A DNA stretch of 64,000 nt from positions 558,001 through 622,000 of the forward strand of contig CM060732.1 in the NCBI GenBank assembly GCA_030704615.1, given 5' to 3'. Below, piece after piece: positions 12,765 to 25,039 of the stretch (within the stretch, counting starts at the first letter, position 1; each line of letters opens with the position of its first letter). Made by a program: the position numbers and the translations under genes. The DNA is from Takakia lepidozioides. Its lineage: Eukaryota; Plantae; Bryophyta. Under the pieces are notes generated by a model, which was not told the origin of the DNA, searched no databases, and saw only the letters and a list, made by a program, of their open reading frames with translations.

Positions 12765-13526
12765 TACCTTATTGTGTATACTGAAGCATCAGATTGCTTC
12801 AGTATCTACCAAGTTCCATTCACTCATCCATCCATTCCACAGCTTCACTCATGTGTCTCTACACAGTGTGATTGTATCGAATAAGTATCAGATTATGATT
12901 TATCAGGTATCAGGCCAATGCCATGGTGACTCTAATCTGCCCTACAGTATCACTACAGCTTTGCATGTAACAAGCATCTACTGTTCATCTTTCCTCCTTC
13001 ACCGTGCTCTCCATCCTTGCTCCTGTTCTTGCTCTCCGCCTGATCTCCTCTCATGCATGACCAAGAAGCGCTCCCCGTGAAGTGATCCCCTCCCTGGTGC
13101 TGCTCTGCCTAATCTACCTGCAAGCTGTTCCAACCGCCTAACTAACTAACTGTCACCCCTGAAGTAACACGTTCCCTTTGCAGATGTCATTCCCATACAG
13201 TAGTTCCCTGCTAATGATGAATATTCCCTCCGTGCGTTGTGATGGGCTGTGCCAAACTGTGTTGGGCTGTGACTGTGCTGAGCTGTGTCGGGCTGTGACT
13301 GGTTGCGCAAAGCTGTGTCGGGCTGTGATAAGCTGTGATAGACTGTGACGGGTTGTGTCGGGCTGTGATAACTCATGACTTGACTGTGTGAGCCTGTCTA
13401 CCACCCCTAAACCTGTGTGGCCTAAGTCTACCATCTGTAAGTCTGCACAAAATTAAGGGTACCCCACAGAACCCGTAAAAGCGTCCAAGTCCCAAACAAC
13501 CCTCTAACATTACCCCTCCCCCTCTC
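12765..13526 (-). mobile_element. Ty3/Gypsy 3' LTR (truncated) with polypurine tract
   Basis: Minus strand GAGAGGGGGAGGGGTA (13526-13511) followed by TGTTAGAG (13509); homologous to 16740-17618, including the GGCTGTGAC-type simple repeats. Confidence 0.8.
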
Positions 13527-14222
13527 AAAAAGCCGTGTCCTCACGGTTTACTGCTTAGGATCAGCAAACCTTTGTGAGCGAGCACCCTTCTGACGGTGCG
13601 AGTCTCTTGAAGGGCTCTGTGTGCGAGCTCGAGCCCTGTCACTGGCTGATGGAGGTGATTGAGCACCAAATGGAAATGTCTGACCCGCCTGTGGTTGATA
13701 ACGAGGTAACCTCTCAGGCATAGGAGATCCCCATCATTTCTTCTCTGCCATCTGGAGTGCATAGTCCTCCGCCATGTCAAAAGGTTCCTCTGAAGAACCA
13801 GTAGTATCAGAATCATCTTCCCCCCGGAGGTGTTTTGGCGGCCAAACTTTAAGTGGCTCCTGCAGAATCCTGCGTGGCATACAATGTTGGCCCACCATGT
13901 CTGGAAGCTTAAACTATACTACTTGTTGTAAATGCTTGCAAGCAAAATGAGTGAACTCCCTAAACTCCTTGGCCGTATAGGCTGTGAGAGGTGTGCTAAT
14001 GACTTTGGAACAGTGTAAGTATTTCCAAGCTTCATGTCCCTTATAGAAAATATCATCAGGGCCCAATTTTTCTTTGACCAAGTTGTTCCAAGCCAAATTA
14101 AACCATGAACAAAGTTGGGAATCCGTGTGCATCATGACTTTTGCATCATAGAGATACATATGGGGTGGAATTGAAGGTAAGACCCAATGATCCCCACTGG
14201 AATAACTCAAAAATCGTGATTG

Positions 14223-14722
14223 NNNNNNNNNNNNNNNNNNNNNNNNNNNNNNNNNNNNNNNNNNNNNNNNNNNNNNNNNNNNNNNNNNNNNNNNNNNNNN
14301 NNNNNNNNNNNNNNNNNNNNNNNNNNNNNNNNNNNNNNNNNNNNNNNNNNNNNNNNNNNNNNNNNNNNNNNNNNNNNNNNNNNNNNNNNNNNNNNNNNNN
14401 NNNNNNNNNNNNNNNNNNNNNNNNNNNNNNNNNNNNNNNNNNNNNNNNNNNNNNNNNNNNNNNNNNNNNNNNNNNNNNNNNNNNNNNNNNNNNNNNNNNN
14501 NNNNNNNNNNNNNNNNNNNNNNNNNNNNNNNNNNNNNNNNNNNNNNNNNNNNNNNNNNNNNNNNNNNNNNNNNNNNNNNNNNNNNNNNNNNNNNNNNNNN
14601 NNNNNNNNNNNNNNNNNNNNNNNNNNNNNNNNNNNNNNNNNNNNNNNNNNNNNNNNNNNNNNNNNNNNNNNNNNNNNNNNNNNNNNNNNNNNNNNNNNNN
14701 NNNNNNNNNNNNNNNNNNNNNN
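14223..14722. other. Assembly gap (500 N)
   Basis: N run. Confidence 1.
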
Positions 14723-15922
14723 TGGTACTGCAGCCAGCTTTTTCATCATCAATTCCATCTTCTCCATATACTCTTCAACAGTTTCATGCTTCTTCTGCTT
14801 CAGCTGTTGTAAACTTCCATACACTTCATCCTCAGTTTTACTTGTCCTGAACCTATTTCGAAATGCTGTATTCAAGCCATTCCAGGTTAGGAAATGATTA
14901 TCAGGGAATCTTGCATACCATTCACTTGCTTTCTTGATAAGTGAACAAGGAAACAGTCTCATCTTGGCATCATCGCCATTCTCATTGTTCACTATACACA
15001 TGTGCTCAAATTGGCTAATGTGTACATCGGGATCCCCTTTTCCTGAATATATTGGAAAGGGTGGTTTTGCCCGTGTTGGTTGTAACGCCATCTGTGGCCC
15101 TACCTTCTGCCCACTGACAGGTGCTGGCACCCTTGCTGGTGCTGGTCCTTCTGGACCTGTTGTTTTTGTGGTGGATCTTCCACCAAGTGGTGGCCCTTGA
15201 GCACTCCTTGCTTCTGGCCCCACGATATTCACAGTATTCCCAGCTTCAGTTGCACTACTTCCCACACTCCCTGTCCCCCCAGAGCCAGATCCAGGCAGCC
15301 CGCCTGATCCCCCTGAGCCGACACCTTCGTTGGCCTGTGATCCAAGTGCTCCACTTGATCCAGGTCCAACGGGTTGGGATGTCCTGGTTGTAGTCTCAAC
15401 CTCAGCTGTTGGGTCTACTTCTTCATATTCTTCCTCTTCTAATTTCTTCTCTCTGTTTTCATCCTCCAAGTTCTGCCCTTGGGTTTCTTCTTCACTCATG
15501 TAACTCAACTGTAATGGTGTTGGAGAGTCTGAACTCTCCGTTGGCTCTGCCACATCCTCTTCTCCTTCTTCATCTTCTGCTTCAGAAACTGGAGTTCCTG
15601 CTTTTGGTGTTCCATGCCAACTCTTATCAAAGATTTCTGTCAAGTCTTTTATCCAAGGATGTACCTCAGATCTTTCACCTCGTGATTGATCTTCTTCCTG
15701 TACCAATTCCCTTAATCTTTCTTGCAAAGAAACAGAAGGAGTGGCATCCAACTCTAGTTCTTCCGGTATAGGTGATGCACTCTTTGATCTTGATGGTGTG
15801 AGAGGTCCAGATGATTCCCCTATGTCTATTCCTCTCTCCCAAAGATATGGATAATTAGCTTTCAGATAGCTTTCTCTTTTTGCTGAATATCTCTGTCGTC
15901 TAGCTTCTCTTTCATCACTCAT
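14723..15922 (-). CDS. Ty3/Gypsy gag (runs into the gap)
   Basis: Long open frame with an acidic/Gly-rich N-terminus, then FPIYSGKGDPDVHISQFE..KMRLFPCSLIKKASEWY..LKQKKHETVEEY. Confidence 0.85.
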
Positions 15923-15943
15923 GTCCCATGTCTTTCATTTCTT

Positions 15944-16510
15944 TTAATGTGGCAATAACCAAAACTCTCTTCTGTAATATCTCTCGTATATGCCTGGGTT
16001 TCTTTCAAGCTTCAATGCACCCTTGGCTATACTTGAAGTCTCCGTTACCATATAACCATATGGCAAACAAGTCTGAAAAGCTGTTCTTGGTGTGAGTTTG
16101 ATCCACAAAATATCCTTTGGAATCCAATTCTTTACCAGTACAAGCTCTTCATGCATATGAGTATAAACATTCACCTTTCTTTCTTCCCAGCCTTCAAACT
16201 CTACTCGTTTAATGGATAGCAATGCTATCACATAAACCAATGTTGGTAACCAACGTGCTCTTCCTCTACAGGCTACCTGATAAATCTTTATCACTCCTTT
16301 CTCCAGACCCCATTCTGGATCAGCATCATGCACTCGTTTAAGAATATTTTCTTTACAACCGTCTGGCAATTCCAAGAACCTTTGAAAGAATTGTTTGGAC
16401 AATCTTTCTTCCTTCGTTCCACAGGGAATTTGATTCACTTCAAATTCTTTAATGGTCCAACCACCATGATCCCACCAGATGCCTGTCACATCTGGTTGTT
16501 CATGTCCCAG
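15944..16510 (-). CDS. Extra ORF between PBS and gag (Tat/Ogre-like layout), unknown function
   Basis: Open frame 15944-16639 overlapping the PBS and ending ~20 bp before the gag ATG; a homologous fragment lies at 312-405. Confidence 0.5.
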   Translation of the reverse strand: MGHEQPDVTGIWWDHGGWTIKEFEVNQIPCGTKEERLSKQFFQRFLELPDGCKENILKRVHDADPEWGLEKGVIKIYQVACRGRARWLPTLVYVIALLSIKRVEFEGWEERKVNVYTHMHEELVLVKNWIPKDILWIKLTPRTAFQTCLPYGYMVTETSSIAKGALKLERNPGIYERYYRREFWLLPH

Positions 16511-16529
16511 GTCCCCAGTATGGTCGCCA
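16511..16529 (-). promoter_or_regulatory. Primer-binding site, tRNA-Arg-like
   Basis: Minus strand ...GCGACA TT TGGCGACCATACTGGGGAC directly after the LTR end CA. Confidence 0.7.
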
Positions 16530-16531
16530 AA

Positions 16532-17618
16532 TGTCGCGCGGCTTTTACTCACCCATCCCTTCGCTATCCGAGGCGGAAACTCCAAGATAGAAGAGTTGGA
16601 AATCTCTAAGTACTCAGCCCGCGCAGAACAATCAGTCATGACCTACAGCTAGTGTATCATGGGGGTGTTTCCTATTTGTTTCCCTTTCGCATTCATCTTA
16701 GCTACCTTACCATTGATAATTAAGTATCAGTTTGCTTCATCAATCTATCGGTTTCCTTCACTCATCCATTCAATCCACAGCTTCACTCAGATCTCTCTAC
16801 ACAGTGTGATTGTATCGTATAAGTATCAGATTATGATTTATCAGGTATCAGGCCGAAGCCATTGTGTCTCTAATCTGCTCTACAATATCACTACAGCTTT
16901 GCATATAACAAGCATCTACTAATCCTCTTTCCTCCTTCACCGTGCTCTCCATCTTTGCTTCCGATCTCCGCTCCAGCCTGACTAAGAAGTCCTCCTCGAA
17001 TAATGATCCCCCTCAATTCCCCGTTTTCCCTTTCCCCGTTTATCTTCCTATCCGCAGTTCTAACCGTTTCCCTCACTAACCGTCGTCTGTGAACTAACAT
17101 GTTCCCTTCGCAGGTGTTGTTCCCCACAGTCGTTCCCTGTCCTACTCTTCGTTCCCTATGATCGTGACAGCTGTGTCAAGCTGTGACTGGCTGTGTGAAA
17201 CTGTGACGGGCTGTGACTGGCTGTGCGACTGTGTTTGGCTGTGTCGGGCTGTGACGGCTGTGTCGGCTGTGTCTGCTGTGTCTGCTGTGACGGGATGTGA
17301 CGGGATGTGTCGGCTGTGTTGGCTGTGTCTGCTGTGACGGGCTGTGACGGGCTGTGTCGGCTGTGTCGGCTGTGTCGGCTGTGACGGGCTGTGACGGGCT
17401 GTGTCGGCTGTGTCGGCTGTGACTGGCTGTGTTGGCTGTGTAGGCTGTGACTGGCTGTGTGGCTGTGTCGACTGTAACGGGCTGTGTTGGCTGTGTAACC
17501 CCCTTCTACAGTGCGCTGCTGTCACCCCTAAGGCTCCTGTTGGTCTCAGTCTGTGCAAAAATTAAGGGTACCCTACAGATCCCGTATAAGTGTCTAAGTC
17601 CCCTACAGTCCTCTAACA
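16532..17618 (-). mobile_element. Ty3/Gypsy 5' LTR (~1.09 kb) inserted in the right end of transposon A'
   Basis: TG..CA ends (TGTTAGAG at 17618; GACA at 16532), followed by the PBS; internal (GGCTGTGAC/GGCTGTGTC)n tract 17165-17500. Confidence 0.8.
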
Positions 17619-17619
17619 T

Positions 17620-20600
17620 AGCTGCAAAGCGTGAGCTGAGCTCACGCTTCAGGGAAGCGTGAGCGGCACAAATCTGCTGGAGAAGCAGGTCCTATAGGCA
17701 AGGATTGCAGGAAGAGGGCCTATTACCGTGGACAAAACAAAGGGGGCCACCATGCACCATGTCTGCAATGCCTGCACAAAAAGAGGAATATAAAAATATG
17801 GCAGATTTGAGCTCAGAATGATTGACACACTTTATTTCAATTCACAGATAGACGCTTACACTCAATGGCATGTCTATCTTGCATTCGTGATCTGCACCCG
17901 AAGCGACACGACGCACTGTTTTTCCATCTCTTTTTGTTGGGTGGGAGTTGGCACCGGGTGGAGGCATTGCCAGAGCATGTGGCACATCTGTGCCGACAGT
18001 GCATGAGGGCACCACCCGGGACTGTGCAAGATAGAACCCTCCCTCCTCCAGCATGCTTATCTCGGTTGATGACAGCGAAGTCCCAAGTTTCACAGGCCAA
18101 ATTGCGGGGGGAGGGGGCTTCATTATAACCGAAGGACAAATTGTTCCCTTGACGCATCATGCCATATCATCTGGGCAGAACCAGAACTTGTGGTCCTTTG
18201 ACTCCCCACTATGATAAGGTCGGAACAACCCTATGAATGTTGGAGCTGGAGTTCCCCTGGAGCCTGAGTTCCCCTGGAGCCTTTGCATATTTTTTATTTG
18301 CATTTCTTGAAAGAGGGGGTCCGAATTGCCATGCAAGCCACTCTAGATCCTGGTGGGGTGCGTTCTATATGCCACTCACTATCAATGCAATCAGATTCAT
18401 GCACCATGGCCACCACCTCCTCCAATGGGATTCCTGCTGCTGTGCTTGCATGATCTGCACCTGCTCCACTGGAGGAGGACCCACCTGGGAAGGAGCAGGC
18501 ACACGACTTAGTCTGCACTGGAGACACCCTTGGTACAGAGAAATTGACCCTGTCCGGCCGATGGGAATCTCCATCCGACCCTGGAGGAGTGTTCAATTTC
18601 CTTTTGCATGATCCAAATCTTTCCTCACCTTCCAAATGGGGGAGCCTTGATTGCAAAGGGGAGCCTTCAGTGCACCTGTTCAGAGCTCTGGCCAGCTTCG
18701 ATGGGTCTCCGGGCCTACTCGCAGCCCTTAGCATCAACAAAGTTGTATCAGGGCCCTTGCCTCCGCCCCGTCCCATCAGAAAATTGCCGTACCTGGTTTG
18801 TTGTGTAAGTGCCCGCACCATGTCATCAGCAGTGGCCACATATAAGTCACGTCCTGCTTTGGTAGACTGCTGCATCCAGGCGTTGTGAACAGTCTCCGCC
18901 AAATTACAGGATGGCATGTCGTCCAATTCCTCCAAGGACATGTCCTGCAGGAGGCATTGCATGGAAATGTGAGGAACGAAAGGAAATGGAAGAGGTTCTG
19001 CAAGTGACAATCCAACAACCCCAAATGAACAGGCATGATGCAAAGTGAAATTTGTGTTTTCGGGATTGAAGAGGCTTACCGTCGTCATGAAAGCTCCCCA
19101 CTATCTGTACCTGAAGTGCCAGAAAACCAACCAGTCCTCCAACTCCTTCAGGTGGATACCAGTAGCAGCACCAGAGGAGAACCACCAAGCCCGGATTGCT
19201 TGGTAAGTGCTCTCAGCTTCTCCCATTGAGGTGGCATTTTTGTACTTGAGGCAGAGCCTTCTGTGCTCCAACTGAAGGTCAAGGCGAATGCAATGCTTTG
19301 TATGACATGCCAGAGATTGACTCCAATGGAAGAGGCATGTGTGCTCCCTATTTTCCATTGGGACCTTAGGATCCCCCGAACCAAACACGCGCCGCACTGT
19401 ATTGAAATTTGCCTGTGCACTATCAGCCATGAAGCCCGCAAAATTTGTGTTCTGTATTCCATTGTGCTGCATGACGGCCAGGAGTGAATTCCACATGAGC
19501 ATCTGGGATTCAGTGTCCTCTGACTGCATATCACAAATTGCTATGGAGAGCACACATTGGTACGCTGGATCGTACACATGGCACGCCATGGTTGTCCAAC
19601 CCTTCACCCGTTTGCAGTGATCAAACATTAACCAACATTTTGCCAAATCTCCTCCAGGTTGCATTTGGCGGACAATGCTCACACCACTGCCTTCGTCCAC
19701 TGTGGACATCTTGAACAAATACACCTTGGACGAGCCCTGGCCAGGGAAGATACTGTTTTGAATGAATTCATAGCGACTCCTCCGTTTGAGGTCCATAATG
19801 TTGTCCATGAATCCAGCAGTGCCTGTGCCCACTCTGAGTGCATTCACCTGGTTTCGAATATTGGGAGAGCTCAACACGGAGAAATGGTCCATCACTACCT
19901 CAAGCAAATCTGCATCCTTGCAGAACCTGCACACAAAAGTATTGGTCTTGGGAGGGGCAAGCCCTGGGGTGAAAGGATTCAGGGGCACACCTTCCCACTC
20001 ACTTTTGTTTGGTTTAGCGTTGTTTCTCAGGCGAGGGCAAGAAATATTCACGCACTTACAATGCCCAACGCAGACCGACCTTCGAAATTTCAATCCAATG
20101 TCGTTGTGGATGTTCGACGTTTTTGTCCTGCACCAAGGGTGTCCGTCATGTTTCTTGACCATGCCCTGCAGAAGCCCAGCTAGTCCACTGGAAGACGTGG
20201 GAGGGTTGAGCTCAAACAAGATGTCCCCATCAAACTCTGCTGGCACGTATTGAACCCGCTGCACACAAAGGGACTCCCAATCAACAAAACGCAACTCGTT
20301 CTTGCACCCAGGCACCCCTGTGAGGGCTTTCAATTTCGGAATGACACTCGTTATCTCCTGCAACTCATCATCATCCAAGAATGGAGTCTGCATTGGCGGA
20401 GGAATCTCAGAAACATCCTCCGAGGACGAGTCTGAAAGAGTCACGAATGTAGTGGATGTGTGCTCACATCTTGTTTAACATGAACTGTGCCCTTCTGTTG
20501 CATGACCGATGCTGCAGCGCCAGGGGTAGCTACTGATCCTGCTGATTGTCTTCTCTCTTTTCCAAGGACCCGGTATGTGCCTGGAAGGACTCTCCACTTC

Positions 20601-21330
20601 CTTCCACACTCGCCAACCAATGGTTTCTCCAAGTGCCCAGAATCCAAATTCCCATCCTCGTCATACACCTCTTATTGAACAAGCAGAGAACCCAATTCCA
20701 AAGGGAACACTGTAACCAGCTCATCCTCATGAACAACTGCAAACCCATCGTCATCTACAGTGGCTGTCAGTGGAAGACTACCTGCATTGGAATGAAATCG
20801 AGCGAGTCTATCTCGCTCCCTGGACATGTTTTCGTACACTGACAGAAAGTTGCGATTCACAGAGGAATCCCCGAACTGATAGCCCGTAATTCTCGAAAGG
20901 GGATCCACCCCAAACAAACTGAGGTCAAAAAGGGTAGCACTGACCCAAAAACTGCGGGCGATGCATGCAAAGGATGTAGGAATGACATGCACCGAACTTC
21001 GCAGACAGCCACACTGAGAGACACCAACCAGAAAAACTGTTTTCTAAGACAAGCAGCCACAAGAAGCCATGCTGTATTTGGATGAAAAACAAACCCTGAA
21101 CATGACATAAAATCATCCATTATGGAAAGACGACAACAACCCTGGAGAGCAGTAAAGAGGAAGACCCCGAATCTAATGAGGTTGTGCTGTGCCAGAAGAG
21201 CACAGCACAAACACTGACACTCCGGGAGACACCTCGCATGATTGTGTGCAACACATGACCATTGCCGACACAACCCTTTATACCGAATGACCCCATTGCG
21301 ACGGTGACGGCGAAATGCAAACCGCAGGGC
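17620..21330 (-). mobile_element. Partial family-A copy (A'): transposase pseudogene plus subterminal region
   Basis: Highly similar to 51490-55200 and to rc of 61340-61570. GCM-like, DDE and CLFH motifs in 19101-20444. SWIM part and a ~300-bp internal segment are deleted. Confidence 0.9.
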
Positions 21331-21354
21331 CGATCGTGTATGACCAAGGCGGGA

Positions 21355-21515
21355 AGTACAAGTGTCACACAGCCTATCACAGCCCATCACAACGTGACAC
21401 AGCCTATCACAACCCATCACAGTGTCACACAGCCTATCACAACCCATCACAGCGTGACACAGCCTATCACAGCCCATCACAGCCTATCACACCCCAACAC
21501 AGCCCATACAGATTA
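21355..21515 (+). repeat. (ACACAGCCTATCACAGCCCATC)-type minisatellite, probably an LTR remnant
   Basis: ~30-bp tandem units with the same composition as the LTR simple repeats at 13245-13390 and 17165-17500, on the opposite strand. Confidence 0.6.
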
Positions 21516-21754
21516 CACAGTCCATAGGGTCAGTGACAGGTGGATGCGAATTAACGTTAGAAAAGTGGCCATCGAGTGAAGAGGAAGTTTGGAAGTCAAA
21601 CTTGGAGAATATGCCACGCGGAGAGGGGAAGTCGGGGGCATGTTTTGAAATGGACACGTGGCCACTAAGGCGTGGCACACCGCACTGCATCAATTGCAAA
21701 AAAAGGTCTCATCATGCAAACGGACAAATCAGGCCGTCAAAGTACCTACCCGGT

Positions 21755-23140
21755 ACAGCAGCTAATACTACAAACCGGGAAGGCTGAACGCCTAGGCCGA
21801 CCATCTCTCGCGGTTGTCAGAGAAGATAGGGGATGAGCCTATCGACGATGATTTTCCGGATGCCTTCTTATTCTCGATTGAGACGGTTCCTCCTTGGTAC
21901 GAGCACATTGCTCAGTATCTTAGCACCCTGGAATTTCCACCAGGAATGGATCGACACGCACGAAGACGACTTCGATTGCGCAGTATGAAGTTTGCCCTTG
22001 TGGGAGGGCAACTTTATAGGAGGGGATTGGATGGACTCTTGAGGCGATGCGTCACTCCAGAGGAGGTTCCCCAGATTTTAGAGTCAGCTCATGACAGCAT
22101 GTGCAAAGGACACTTTGCAGGGCGACTCACGGTCCAAAAGATTTTGAGGGCAGGATATTACTGACCCTCTATGTTCAAAGATGCCACATACATGTGCAAA
22201 AATGCAACTCTTACCAGAGGTACGCTAAAAGGGATAATAGGCTTGGAATGCCGTTAGTTCCCACTCTCCCCCTTGCTCCATTTGAGAAGTGGGGAATCGA
22301 CTACGTAGGGGAAGTACACCCCGCTTCAAGTCGACAAAATCGCTACATCATCGTAGCCACCGAGTATCTGACCAAGTGGGCAGAGGCCAAGGCGGTCAAG
22401 AGGGCCAACGCCCAGGTAACCGCCTCTTTCATTTACGAGAATATTATTTCCCGATTCGGATGCCCCAAGGAGATAGTGAGTGACAGGGGCTCTCACTTTA
22501 TTAACGACATCATCGAAGAAATGATGGCAGCATTCTCCATCAAGCATCGCAAGGCTACCCCCTATCACCCTCAGACAAGTGGTCAAGTAGAGCGCGCCAA
22601 TCAATCCTTGTGCAACATTCTCTCCAAAACAATTAGGGAGCACAAGCGGGACTGGGACACCAAGTTGATCTCAGCTTTGTGGGCGTTTTGCACTACACAT
22701 AAGGTAACCACTCGACACACCCCCTTTTCATTGGTTTACGGGGTGGAGTCCATTATGCCCATTGAAACAGAGATTCCCTCATTGCGACTGGCCATCACCG
22801 AGAGATTGGCAACATCCGAGTCCTTGAAATAACGACTCGAGATGCTGGAGGGGTTAGACGAGCTTCGGCAGGCAACAGCTCAACACATTGAGGCCGTCCA
22901 GCGAAGGAGGAAGGCTCGGTTTGACCTGAAGCGCAAAAAAAGATTTTTGATCCAGGAGATCTGGTATTATTGTTTGACAGTCGGAACGAGGAATTCAAGG
23001 CCAAGTTCGACTCATATTGGATGGGGCCCTATCTTGTCAAGACAGTCTTTGACAACGGCTCAGTACAATTGGAGACACTGAGGGGAGTGGAGTTCCCCAA
23101 TCTGGTGAACGGTGTCCGGTGCAAGCACTACTACATGTAC
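21755..23140 (+). pseudogene. Ty3/Gypsy pol: end of RNase H plus integrase
   Basis: YKPGRLNA*ADHLSRL; HDSMCKGH Zn finger; WGIDYVG, IVSDRGSHF, SGQVERAN (DDE); WMGPY; stops and frameshifts. Confidence 0.9.
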
Positions 23141-25039
23141 TCCCTTTAACCAATGAATTATTTCCCCCCATTAAGGGAAAGGTGCTAAGGGAGATCTTAG
23201 TGGCCTGTAGTGTGAAAAGAAGGGGGGTGAATCCCCTTCTGTATAATTCTAATTGTGCTCCCCTCCATTCTAAGTGGAGCAAAAGAAAGAAACGTTGTTC
23301 CAGTCTGTCCAACTGTCATCACTTGGCTGTGGGTTTCCCTCAGCTCCTTCGTGATCAGAGTTCAAGCAATCCTCATCCACGCCGCAGCGGAAGAGAAGAC
23401 ATGGATGGGGAGTCAATTTGTTGTTCACTCTTGGTTCTACCTTTTACACAACATCCCCTACCTGCAGGTACAGCACCAGCTATGCTGGTGCGATGTATTC
23501 AGTGATGCAATCAGCCCTATGTCAGTGATGAAACACTGCCCTTGTGGGCAGTTCCCTTGGTCAGCAACACGTCGGAAGCCCCTTTTTGTAATGAGATCAC
23601 GGTCTAGGTGGATGGGCAGCTCAGATCTGCCATGAACTGCAGGCCCACTAGTTTGATCATTCAGGGTTCATGTCTTCTTGACCTTGGCTCTCCATTTGTC
23701 CATCCCTCATCAATCCTTTCTCCCTTCTTCACTTTTTCTTTCTCTCACACTCTTTTTCTTTCATGTGTGGATTCCTCACTTTTCTCCACAACAGCATGGC
23801 TACGATGCAATGCAATGCACATCCAGCCAGGCATCCAGTGCATCCATCATTGAAGTCAACCTTGGTCACACAAGAGATAATCTGCCCCTCTGTCAGTCTT
23901 TTTCTCTCTCTCTTTCCAGTGACTGGTCCTTGCACTACCTTTCCCTCAAGTGGATCCTGTTTGGTCAAGGTGCTTCACAACCCTTCTACAGATCTCGAAT
24001 CACACACCCTGACAGCTCTCCTTTTCTCCTCAACTTCGAACATCAGTCATTCACATGTTGAGAACACTTCTAGAAATCAGATCCAACCCCAAAACAGCAT
24101 TGACCTTTCTTCCCCATCCACGTCATCCCTTCTTAGCTCTTCAAATCAGTTTCTGAATGACCATCCTTATTTTCCTCATTCCACTAAGCTAGTTCTACAC
24201 TGGCTCCACTGTTTTAACATCCAAGGCTGCCTTGGTTTGCTGGCTGAAGACACTGAAAACAAAGAAAAGGAACACAAGAACAGCAACCATTCTGACCCTG
24301 AGGTGAGATATCCCTGTCCCCTCTCATTTTCCTAATAACAGTGTAACAACAGGTGCATCCATCTCCACCCTATCCTGGTTTGAATTCCAGTGTCTTCATT
24401 CCATTTTTCAAAGGCCTTTTTTACTCCTCACATTTCTGTCCCCTTCAGTAGATACAAGAGACAGTTCCAAAAACTTCACAAAGTCATTCCTAAGTGCCAA
24501 AAAAAGGAAGCCAACACTCTTAGAACTTATCTGTCTTATACTCGTGTGAAGCGGTGGTTCTGCCTGCCAAGCTGGCACCTCACCATCGCTGTCATCAGCC
24601 ATATTCAACGCTTCTCCTCATCTTGATTCCAGTTCTCATCATGTCATGACGGCTTGCTTCATTAGCTGGCAACATCCTTGTGCTTGCCAACCTCTACCCT
24701 ATCCTTCTTCATGTGCACTTCTGCACTAAGGATTGATGTGCTCCTACAGTTCTAAGACAGAAAGCAACTACAAGTCTTTAATTACAGATAACCTGAATCG
24801 CATCCACACCAGCCTGCACTTCTCATGCCCCAACAGCTGTTGCTGCGCTCCATCTCCTCATAACTGTACTCTTCAAGACAATGGCGGCAGCGGTAGTGCA
24901 CCGCTCTCAGCACCTGCTCAGCTTTCAAAATTGATCATTACCACGCAGAAAGAGGCACCGCTTCTCCTTGCACAAAATGCCAAGCAGATCCCTTAACGAA
25001 CTCACTTTTATTTATTTATTTTTTGCCTTTCACCCCTAT

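Noticed and set aside
14141-14897. ORFs of 223-571 aa spanning X runs
   Set aside because: Lengths are artefacts of the N gap; only 14723-15922 (gag) is supported
17142-17558. Ser/Gln/Pro/Thr-repeat ORF
   Set aside because: Translation of the LTR simple-sequence tract
23230-24990. Possible host gene fragments or retroelement 3' region
   Set aside because: No coherent ORF or recognisable motif; left unannotated
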